From the NCBI GenBank assembly GCA_040222015.1, contig JAVJWO010000015.1:1-39171 (forward strand): 39,171 nt of DNA, read 5' to 3'. The DNA is from Coleofasciculus chthonoplastes F2-STO-03 (lineage in GTDB: Bacteria; Cyanobacteriota; Cyanobacteriia; Cyanobacteriales; Coleofasciculaceae). Made by a program: the position numbers and the translations under genes. Position 1 is the stretch's first letter. The number at the start of each line of letters is the position of its first letter. Positions 9,232-18,200 of this stretch are shown here, in pieces. The notes below the pieces were generated by a model. It saw only the letters and a list, made by a program, of their open reading frames with translations, did no database searches and was not told the origin of the DNA.

Positions 9232-9271
9232 CAAAAAATAAAATAGCCTCCTGAAAAATCAGGTGGCTATT
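9232..9271 (-). terminator. Intrinsic terminator downstream of precursor 2
   Basis: AATAGCCTCCTGA-AAAA-TCAGGTGGCTATT stem followed by a poly-U tract on the minus strand. Confidence 0.75.
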
Positions 9272-9299
9272 CAAAAGTATAAATTATTTTGTCAAGTTA

Positions 9300-9497
9300 T
9301 TAGAAATGACGCTCCCACCATCGACCGAGTTCAAATGCTGAATATGCTACCGATACTGAAACCGCAATACAGGCAGGAGTAGATCCCCCTTGTATCATGT
9401 TCAACTGTTCTCCATTCAACTCATTAAGATAAGTTTCTGAATCAGTGAAAAATTCGGAACCAACAGGATTGAGATTGCCAATTTTGATTGTAGCCAT
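9300..9497 (-). CDS. RiPP precursor peptide A2 (38-aa double-glycine leader + 27-aa core STPACIAVSVSVAYSAFELGRWWERHF)
   Basis: Leader GSEFFTDSETYLNELNGEQLNMIQGG aligns without gaps to A1. Ser/Thr-rich core with a single Cys at position 5. Confidence 0.9.
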   Translation of the reverse strand: MATIKIGNLNPVGSEFFTDSETYLNELNGEQLNMIQGGSTPACIAVSVSVAYSAFELGRWWERHF

Positions 9498-9756
9498 TGA
9501 TAGTTATCCGTTAAACTGCGAACTCGTTTTTGTTTACATTAATAATTTAATAAATTCACGTCATGATAGCAAGTGAACTTCGCCTAAAAAAAGGACATAT
9601 AAATAAATATATGTTCTCGATTGTATACACCCCCAATACATCCTATAGCATTTTAATGCTTGAATTTATAGTTTCCTTTTACAAACAAGTTACATTTAAG
9701 TAAAAATAGTAAATATTTTGTCTTAAATTATAGACTTGATCAGATGAGATACGTGG

Positions 9757-9783
9757 GTAGGGGCGCAAGGATGGTGCCCCTAC
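9757..9783. repeat. REP-like palindrome GTAGGGGCGC...GTGCCCCTAC
   Basis: GTAG/CTAC-bounded hairpin. Relative at ~14971-14995. Confidence 0.75.
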
Positions 9784-9857
9784 AGTTGAATGTACTATCA
9801 GCGATTGAGAACCGCTATATTATAAACACTATAAAATCAACTAGACTCTATCTCCCA

Positions 9858-9979
9858 ACAAAAAACCTGCCCCTAACAATTTAGAGACAGGCTTTCAACC
9901 TAATCCAATACCGATTTAAGTTGGAAAGACAACTGTGTCTGAATTTTTACAAAACTGCCTCCAATTGAATTAGAGGCAG
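9858..9979 (-). terminator. Two tandem hairpins (probable terminators) after the second PpiC gene
   Basis: CTGCCTC..GAGGCAG (9955-9979) and CCTGCCCCTAA..TTAGAGACAGG (9866-9891), each followed by U-runs on the minus strand. Confidence 0.6.
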
Positions 9980-10001
9980 AATTGACGCCTACTTAATGTT
10001 T

Positions 10002-10754
10002 CTATTTAGCCAATGCGTTAGACTGATATCCCCCTTGTAACCAACCCTGAAACAGAAACTCCAACACCTGTTCCCTGACTTCAGCCAACTCCGCCGGAAA
10101 CCACTTCTCAACTTGAAGAATGTGATACCCTAGCTTCGTTTGAACTGGATCAATCACCTCACCCTCTACAGCCTCAGATACAGCTTGGGCAATCTCCGGT
10201 AGCAATTCTGCCAAAAATCGCACCCCGACAAAACCGCCATTTTCCTGAGACTGCTTCCCCTTCGAGTGTTCCAACGCTAAGACACAAAACGACACCTTCC
10301 CCTCGCGAAGCGCCTGGGTAATTTTCACCGCCTCTGTCAAATCCCGTACCAGAATCTGAGACAGCGCCACCCGTTTATAATTATCGCGATCGCTCATATA
10401 ATGACTATCAATCGCCTCACCAAACAGATGTTCTCTCAATTTCTGCCTCAGCAGCGATATCCGCACTCCCTGGGACCAATCTTCTACAGAAATGCGCTGT
10501 TGTGCTAACCAGGCTAAGGTTTCCGATGTTCCCAGCAGTTTGTTCTCCTGGCGAAATGCATCCCCCGCCGCTTGTAACTCTTCCTCAGATACCGTAATCC
10601 CTAATTGCTGACAAACCGCCACAATTAACGCATTCTGTTCCGCCGCTGCTGCAATTTCGGCGATGTGGTAAGAATGGCGTAAATAGGCAAGGATATCTTT
10701 ATCTGTTGCTGGAGTAATTTCGGGTAATGTGAATTGTTCTAGTGTTTCTGGCAT
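10002..10754 (-). CDS. Second PpiC/parvulin-type peptidyl-prolyl isomerase
   Basis: ALSQILV..SFCVLALEHS..ENGGFVG..LLPEIAQAV..PVQTKLGYHILQVE. AGAGG RBS. Confidence 0.88.
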   Translation of the reverse strand: MPETLEQFTLPEITPATDKDILAYLRHSYHIAEIAAAAEQNALIVAVCQQLGITVSEEELQAAGDAFRQENKLLGTSETLAWLAQQRISVEDWSQGVRISLLRQKLREHLFGEAIDSHYMSDRDNYKRVALSQILVRDLTEAVKITQALREGKVSFCVLALEHSKGKQSQENGGFVGVRFLAELLPEIAQAVSEAVEGEVIDPVQTKLGYHILQVEKWFPAELAEVREQVLEFLFQGWLQGGYQSNALAK

Positions 10755-10903
10755 GATTTTCCTCTTTTTTCATGAGTCATTGGTGGTAGAAGCGAAGCAT
10801 CTATCCAGATTCTTCACTCCGCTGTCGCTGCGTTCAGAATGACATCTTATGACAGGGGAAAGTATGCATTTTTCACCCAATCGGTTGTCATCTTTTTGTG
10901 AAT

Positions 10904-11908
10904 CTAATCTGGATAAATTAAGCGTTCTGGTGAAATATCGGAGACAGAAAGCCGATGGCGATGTAAATCCCCATAAAGATTGAGATAATCAATTTCTTCA
11001 GGGGTTAACTTGCCCTTTTGCACACCGGATATCGCCGCATCAATTTCCTCCCGACACCGCAATCCGGTCAAACAAACATCAACACAGTTCTGACTCAACG
11101 AATAGCGATATAAATCGGGTACAGACGGTTGCCAACATCCTTCCGGTAACCCCGCCGGCGCATCCCAAAGCGCACCAGAATGAGACCCGGTAGACTTAAA
11201 GGTAACAACGCCCGGACGGTTATGATCTCGGATATCTAAGCGATTAAACACCTGATTTTGGGCAGAACGGTGTGCCAGATTATGTCTCACCATCACGACA
11301 TCTAATAAGGGACTATTTGACCACTGCTGCGCCAGGTTCATATCGTGGAAGGATGCGCCAATATACCGCACCGCCCCCATTTTCTTCAGCCGTTCCGATA
11401 TGCCAAAAAATCGTTCAATTGTGCGCTGATAAACGGAATTGGCGCCGCGCAAATCGGGGGAAAGCTGCAAGCAATTCTTAAACGATTGCCCATCATTCGC
11501 ACCAATCCATCCCCAGAACAATACATCAATATAGTCGATTTTTAGTTCCACAAACTGATCCAATAAAGCCGCCAGTGCGACTTCGGGATTCTTCATATAT
11601 GTCACTGTTGCCAGTACGACGTTCTCCCGCACCGATGATTTTCGCCCACATAATTGGCGTAGGGCATCCGCCATGGAACTATAAATATGGTGGTGTAAGT
11701 CGCTGGAATAGAAAAAGTAGTTAATTCCTTGGTCAAAGGCGTAGAGTGTATCCTGGCTCGAAATTCCACCACCCCCACCTAATCCTAAACAACTAACAGT
11801 TAAATCAGTCCGTCCTAAGGGGCGGTAAAATGAAAAGTCAGAGTCGGGTAAATCAGGAATTTTAACGGCGGGTTTGATAACTGAGGGAGCAATGTCTGTG
11901 ATTTGCAT
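10904..11908 (-). CDS. Aldo/keto reductase-fold protein with non-canonical active site
   Basis: YRPLGRTDLTVSCLGLG, GINYF, LKIDYIDV, GAVRYIGASFH and C-terminal GLRCREEIDA motifs typical of the AKR barrel. Confidence 0.85.
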   Translation of the reverse strand: MQITDIAPSVIKPAVKIPDLPDSDFSFYRPLGRTDLTVSCLGLGGGGGISSQDTLYAFDQGINYFFYSSDLHHHIYSSMADALRQLCGRKSSVRENVVLATVTYMKNPEVALAALLDQFVELKIDYIDVLFWGWIGANDGQSFKNCLQLSPDLRGANSVYQRTIERFFGISERLKKMGAVRYIGASFHDMNLAQQWSNSPLLDVVMVRHNLAHRSAQNQVFNRLDIRDHNRPGVVTFKSTGSHSGALWDAPAGLPEGCWQPSVPDLYRYSLSQNCVDVCLTGLRCREEIDAAISGVQKGKLTPEEIDYLNLYGDLHRHRLSVSDISPERLIYPD

Positions 11909-11974
11909 GATGTTAAGAGGAATGGCGCTAGTTTGTAGTAGGCACGAAGCGTGCCAGAAGCGCTAAAGCGCTTA

Positions 11975-13066
11975 CTACGAACCCAGTAAAGGGGTATAAT
12001 TATCGTCAGAATTGGCATTGAGATAGGCACGGTTGATGTCAATTCCAAACAGAGAAAACTGTTGGAGAATTGCCTGCATCCGCCCCTCTGGGGAGTTATC
12101 GCCGTTTTGCCAAGCTTCTAGTAACCCATTGGCAACCAGTTGACAGCGGTTCATGCCAAAACTTTCTTGTGTGCCAAATTTGGTATCGGGTTCTTCGGCT
12201 AACCCTAATCCGGGGGCGAGGACTTTGGTAAATAGGGGAACTTGTGGTTTAAAATGGGCTTGATTTTCCGCATAGATAACCTGAAGCACTTGGCGAACCG
12301 TGGGGTAATTGGGTTTATCGAAGTAGAAAACTCCTGAATCATAACGTCCGTAGTCGGCGGGGTTATACAGGACTTTAAAGCTAAAGGGTAGGTTAATTGC
12401 GTTAAACTGTTGGGTTAAACTATCCATGACCGAAACCGCCCCGTCTGGGGTGAGGTTAAAGTAAATTCGCACGGTTTCTGAGGGATGATTTAAGCTTGGT
12501 TCACTCTGGGTTCCGGCGTTACTCACTGCCATGTAAAATCCGTTTTGGATCAGATTTTTGGGCATCCGAATCGCTACGGTATCCCCAATAGCTGCGGCTT
12601 GGTTGGGGTGGAGATGGCGTTGGGGTTCAATATGCAGCTTTAAACTACCTTTGCTGACGACAATTGTGTTATCTGATTCTTGTTTGAGGACGAACCAACC
12701 GGGGTCAAAGTAACCGGTTCCTTGATTGTGATCGTGTAATTGTTGATAGAAGTTTAAGTCTAATCCTAAAAGGGTATTGTTTTCTAGGTCTAGGGGTATG
12801 GCTGGGTTATCGGTATTCAGGGCGAGGCTATTTTCTAGGGATTGATTGTAGTAGATCCCGTAGAGAAATCCCCGCAGTTGCAGACTCCAGTACCGTTGTT
12901 GGATGTCTGGGGGCATTTTCTGGAGACGGTTAATTATTTCTTGGGGTAGTTCAAAGGGTTTGTAGTTGGGATGATGGATGGAAAAGTTGGCTTGGAGTTC
13001 TATGGTGTTGGCGATGTTTTGTAAGGTGTCGAGGAGGGAATGGGTGGGGATGTTTAGGAGTTGCAT
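11975..13066 (-). CDS. HopA1-family protein; putative phosphoSer/Thr lyase (LanY-like)
   Basis: VRIYFNL, FSFKVL, RYDSGVFY, GLAEEP and SFGMNRC motifs. Adjacent to an APH kinase. Confidence 0.88.
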   Translation of the reverse strand: MQLLNIPTHSLLDTLQNIANTIELQANFSIHHPNYKPFELPQEIINRLQKMPPDIQQRYWSLQLRGFLYGIYYNQSLENSLALNTDNPAIPLDLENNTLLGLDLNFYQQLHDHNQGTGYFDPGWFVLKQESDNTIVVSKGSLKLHIEPQRHLHPNQAAAIGDTVAIRMPKNLIQNGFYMAVSNAGTQSEPSLNHPSETVRIYFNLTPDGAVSVMDSLTQQFNAINLPFSFKVLYNPADYGRYDSGVFYFDKPNYPTVRQVLQVIYAENQAHFKPQVPLFTKVLAPGLGLAEEPDTKFGTQESFGMNRCQLVANGLLEAWQNGDNSPEGRMQAILQQFSLFGIDINRAYLNANSDDNYTPLLGS

Positions 13067-13101
13067 GGTTTGTTTTTTAACGCAGAGAACAAGACTTACT
13101 T

Positions 13102-14283
13102 TTAACAGAATCTAGAAAACCTCTCTCCAAACCTCTCTCCTGCGAGGAGAGAGGCTTTGAATTTTCCCCCTTCCGTGCCAAAAATAGTGGGTATGGATTG
13201 TTGGGGACGACAGAGTAGGGTTTTGGCAACTTGCAGCATGGCGATTCCTGAGTTGCCAAAGGATTTTTGGTATTGAATTGTTGCTTGAATTTGTTGAATT
13301 AAGGCTAAACCTGCAAATTGGATGATTTGGAGTAAGAGGGTGGGGCGGTGTGTTAAAATTTCCGGGAAGTTGTGGAAATAGGCTTGGGTTAAGCTGGCAA
13401 TTGAGGGTTGGAGTTGGTCGAGGGGAGTTGTGGCTAATCGCAGGGATTCTTCGAGACTCAGGGCGTTGCTAATCACCAAACTATCCAGCCAAATTTGGAT
13501 ATAGCTAGCGATGAGAGTTCCTACGTCAAAGGCTGGATCTCCCCAACGAGAACGTTCCCAGTCAATCAATCGTACTATGCGATCGCGCGATTGTTCCCAG
13601 TGGTTGGAAAGCAGGATATTATTGAGTTTTAGGTCATTGTGGGTGAGACAACTGGGGGTGAAGGTTTTGCCGAGTTGTGCGATCGCGTTTCCTAAACTGT
13701 CGTATCGTTGATAGAGGGCAAAGAATTTGAGTCCATCGACTGGAACGAGTCCAAAGATTTCTGGAGTGATTCGTTCTAATCCGCTAATCAGGTTGGGTAC
13801 GGTTTCGGGGAGGGAGTGAGAATGTTGTGAGAAAAAGTGCCGATAGTCGTCCCGGTTAAACGTGGCGCGATGAATAGCCGCCAGAGTGGTACCAATAGAC
13901 GCCGCGATCGCACTCGGGAAGATTGTCTCTTCGGCGTAGAATTCCATTACGTCGCGGTACTCGTCTAAGTAGCGGAATATGATGATTGATTCCCCCGGAT
14001 CAAAATGCAGTACCTGGGGTAGATAGGGGTGAAGGGTAGTGAGTTCCCGAAAGTGCTGTACAAACTCCTGAATGCGCCATTCTTGTCCAAATTCTCCGGC
14101 TGTTTTCCCGTCCTGATTATACCGTTCTTGCTTAACTAGGAGTTTTTTCCCGTCGGGTAAGGTGACTAAAAGGTTAAAGTTTTTCGCCGCAACGGGTTTA
14201 ATGATGAGCTGATTTTGGTTTTCTGGGGGACATAGCCCCAGTCGGATTAAATAGTTGGGGAGGTTAATTGAGCTTAATTGCAT
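13102..14283 (-). CDS. Aminoglycoside-phosphotransferase-family kinase; putative peptide Ser/Thr kinase (LanK-like)
   Basis: KNFNLLV, LLVKQE, Brenner motif HNDLKLNNILL and LIDWE..WGDPAFD. Confidence 0.9.
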   Translation of the reverse strand: MQLSSINLPNYLIRLGLCPPENQNQLIIKPVAAKNFNLLVTLPDGKKLLVKQERYNQDGKTAGEFGQEWRIQEFVQHFRELTTLHPYLPQVLHFDPGESIIIFRYLDEYRDVMEFYAEETIFPSAIAASIGTTLAAIHRATFNRDDYRHFFSQHSHSLPETVPNLISGLERITPEIFGLVPVDGLKFFALYQRYDSLGNAIAQLGKTFTPSCLTHNDLKLNNILLSNHWEQSRDRIVRLIDWERSRWGDPAFDVGTLIASYIQIWLDSLVISNALSLEESLRLATTPLDQLQPSIASLTQAYFHNFPEILTHRPTLLLQIIQFAGLALIQQIQATIQYQKSFGNSGIAMLQVAKTLLCRPQQSIPTIFGTEGGKFKASLLAGERFGERFSRFC

Positions 14284-14666
14284 CGTTGAATCAGTCTGAA
14301 TTAGATGAGTTCAGTGGTTGTCTTAGGTTTCATTTTATTTTCAATCCGGGGTTTGTGAAGGGTTGGCGGATGAATTAATTGGCGTAAACTTATAAAATTT
14401 TGTCTTTTGCCAGAATCCAGAGATGTCGCCACAAATCAATAAACAGGGCAGGAACGCCAGCCGATGAAGGGGGTGTCAGAGTTGCCTTTGGAGACGCTAT
14501 CTGTTCTTTAATTTAAAAAATTATGTCTGATTAACTGCTGCGTTATCGGCAATAGAATTAGCGCTTGACTTTTGCGGTCGTTTCAGGTAATTTTATATCT
14601 TATGAAAATATGCCGTCCTATAAACCCCGATTAACCCTCAACCCGTAACTCTCAACCCGTAACTCC

Positions 14667-15190
14667 GTAGGGTGGGTTAGGCGGTACTTAATTGACAAAA
14701 CAAACCATTTAATTAAATATCCGCCGTAACCCACCGAGTTATCCTTGGCAACGGGTGAACTAACAACGAGGGCGAGTCGATAAAATTAATAGATTTTTCC
14801 CTGAAAGATAGCGGGGGCGTAGGGGGGCTCTTGCAGTAATCAATCCAAGAAACCAACCCTTTAATAAAATATCTGCCGTAACCCACCGAGTTATCCTTTG
14901 CAACGGGTGAACCAACGATGAGGGCGAGTCGATAAAATTAATAGATTTTTCCCTGAAAGATAGCGGGGGCGTAGGGGCGCAAGGTTTGCGCCCACACAAT
15001 TAATACCTTTCCCCTGAAAGATAGCCAGTATGGGGGCTCTTGCGGTAATCAATCCAAGAAACAAACCCTTTAATAAAATATCCGCCGTAACCCACCGAGT
15101 TATCCATTGCAACAGGTGAACCAACGAGGAGGGCGAGTCGATAAAATTAATGGATTTCCCCTTAATGATAGTGCAGCGACTCGCCCCTAC
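14667..15190. repeat. Composite REP/BIME-like element with three imperfect internal copies of a ~130-150 bp unit
   Basis: CCGTAACCCACCGAGTTATCC at 14724, 14876 and 15085. The element starts with GTAG (14667) and ends with CTAC (15190). Confidence 0.85.
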
Positions 15191-15262
15191 AAACAGGACA
15201 CAGGACATAATAAAATAAATATCAGGTTAGGAATCACCTAAATCTCACATCTAGAGGGTGCT

Positions 15263-18200
15263 ATGATGACCATAAATCAAAGCTTACAACGTCTGATACA
15301 GGGAAGCGCGATCGCACTATTCCTCTTCATCCCCTGTAACCCTGTCCTCGCCCAGATTACACCCGATTCCACATTAGGCGCTGAAGGTTCCTCAATCCTA
15401 CCCAATGGAGTGGTTATCGATGGAGTAACCGCCGATTTAATCAAGGATGGCGCCAGCCGAGGTTCGGCATTATTCCATAGCTTTTTAGAGTTTAATATTA
15501 ATCAAGGGCAACGGGTTTATTTTGCCAACCCTGACGGAATTGAAGCCATTTTCAGTCGGGTGACGGGAACTGATCCCTCGGACATTTTGGGGACATTAGG
15601 CGTCAACGGTGCAGCCGATTTAATTTTCATCAATCCCAATGGAATTCTTTTTGGTGAAAATGCTCAATTAGACATTCGGGGTTCCTTTATCGGGAGTACA
15701 GCCAATGGGGTGATATTTGAGAATGGCACTATCTTTAGTGCGACTAATCCAGAAGCGCCGCCATTGTTAACCATTAATGTTCCCTTGGGTTTGCAATATG
15801 GAAATCAGAATTCAGCCGCGATTACGAATTCTGGGAGTTTACAAGTCGGTAAAAATTTAACCTTAGTGGGCGGAACAATTACCAGTTTAGGACAATTAGC
15901 CGCCCCCGCCGGACATTTGGAGATAGCCGCCGTAAATGGGGATGCAATCGTGCGGGATGGGTTGGCGCAGTCGGCTATTTTATTCGCGAATAATCATTTA
16001 ATTTTAGAAGAAAGTCAGTTAGTCACCGCTGGAGATTTAATCCTGTTGTCGGGGGATACGGTGCGGGTGCGGGATAGTGTCGAAATTCCGTTTATCGCCC
16101 ATGCAGGTGGGAATCTTTATATTCAAGGAAATCAAAGCATTGATATTCTGGCATTGAATCATCCAGGAACGCCGTTTCAGAGTGGTGGGGCTTTGAGTTT
16201 AGTTAGTGATGGGGTCATTTCTGGAGATGCTCATTTTGCCAGTGGGGGTCAGTTTGCAATTCTGAATTTGGCGGGGGAACCGGGTGATTTTGTCAGTTAC
16301 TATGACCCGATTATTAGTGTAGATGGAGATGTGATTATTGGGGATTATACAGGCGCTTCACTGTTAATCGAAGCCACCGGAAGCATCAAGACAGGAAATA
16401 TCACAATTACTCAAGCTGATATATCTTTAAATGATACGAATGACCCCACTGACTCAGATATTGCTATATTGACAAGTGAGCCAGCCTTAATTATGCGATC
16501 GGGAGTTGATACTTTAAAGTATCCGGTAACTCCCCCAATTTCACCCCAGCCACCACAGCCACCACCAACCAACTCCACATTCGAGTATGAAAATGATTTT
16601 GAAGGAGCAGTTGGTTCAGAATGGTCTAATACCAAAACAGACCAAACACCCGACGAAGGCACAATCGATACAACTTTCCTGGGACTATTTGGTCAAGAAA
16701 CGGTAAGCTTAACACTTAATGATCTTCCCTCACCTGCCAATGTGACAGGCTCTTTTGATCTATTTATTATTGGCTCATGGGATGGTAATGACACCTCAGC
16801 GATTAGTGGACCAGATGTTTGGCAGTTAAGGATTGATGATAATGTGTGGGTAAATGCAACGTTTAGTAATGTCAACAGTAAACAGTCATTTCCTGATGAT
16901 TATCTTCAAGGAGAACATCCGTCCCATCAATCGGCTGATCACATAGACGAATTGGGATATACGTCTTCAACTATCCCTGATTTAACCTTCGGTGACTCAA
17001 TCTACACGATAGAGTTTTCTCTTGAACACACATCAAACTCTCTACAAATCGATTTTTCTAAATTACCACCCGGAGAAGTGCTTGAAAATGAAAACTGGGG
17101 GATAGATGATATCGAGGTAGTTGCGGAAGTTTCCTCAACGCCCCCAGTCACACCACCGGATAATAGCTCAACTTTACCCTCTTTCACGACTTCTGTAAAA
17201 CCGTCAGATGCCAGTATCACCACAGTTAATATTGAAACTTTAGGAGGACGAGTTATCTTAGACGCAACCAGTGATATTAATCTGATTGGAGGAATTACCT
17301 CCAATGGTGGCGAGATTAGTATTCATAGTGATAGTGCAGTCAATGCCACGGGAGTGATTATCGATTCCACGAATAATGAAGGAACGGGTAATAGTGGTAA
17401 TATTGACGTTACAGCACAATCAGTTTCTCTCGCTGATGGTGCCCGATTACTTTCTAGAGTAGTTGGTAACAATCAGGGAGGAAATATCACGGTAAAGGCT
17501 TCTGAGTCAGTTAACCTGACTGATTCATTACCGGAGGGAAATTCAACAGGTTTGTTTGCTACCTCTGATGGGAGTGGTGAACCAGGAAATGTTTTCGTAG
17601 AAACTCCAGAGTTAAATCTTCAAGGAAGAGCGAGAATATTAACGGAAGCTTACGATATAGGAAATGCTGGAGAATTAAGGATTGAAACTGACCGTTTAAG
17701 CCTTCAGGGTGGTGCTAGAGTATCAGCTTTAACCTCGGGTCAAGGTAAAGGAGGAAATATAATCGTCGAGGCTACGGAGTCTGTTCAATTAATCGGTAGT
17801 GATGGAACATTTCCCAGCGCCCTGACGACTAATGCCCTGACCAATGGACTGTTTAAGCCAGGAGATGCCGGAAATTTAACTATTAATACCAATCAGTTAA
17901 TTGTGCAAGATGGGGCAATCGTAACCGCTTCCACAACCACAACTGGTGAGGGAGGAGATTTAACCGTAAATGCCTCAACAGTGCAACTCAGTGGAACAGG
18001 TATCTTGAACAACGGTGATGAAATTCCTACTGGTTTATTTACTGATACCAGTAACATTGGTAATGCTGGAGATTTAACCATTAACACCACGAACTTGATT
18101 GTGGAAGATGGCGCGATAGCCTCAGCGTCTACCTTTGGTCAAGATAGTCAGGGAAGTCAAGGAGGAAACTTAATCGTGAACGCTGTTTCCGTTGAACTCC

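Noticed and set aside
11975..13066. Type III secretion effector
   Set aside because: There are no T3SS genes, and pairing with an APH kinase and precursors points to a RiPP lyase.
13102..14283. Aminoglycoside resistance gene
   Set aside because: The APH fold is shared, but context indicates a peptide kinase.
14667..15190. Possible CRISPR array
   Set aside because: Units are ~130-150 bp and similar along their whole length, with no unique spacers and no cas genes.
14760..15208. ORFs 14760-14999 and 14891-15208
   Set aside because: They are translations of the repeat array with no protein-like features.
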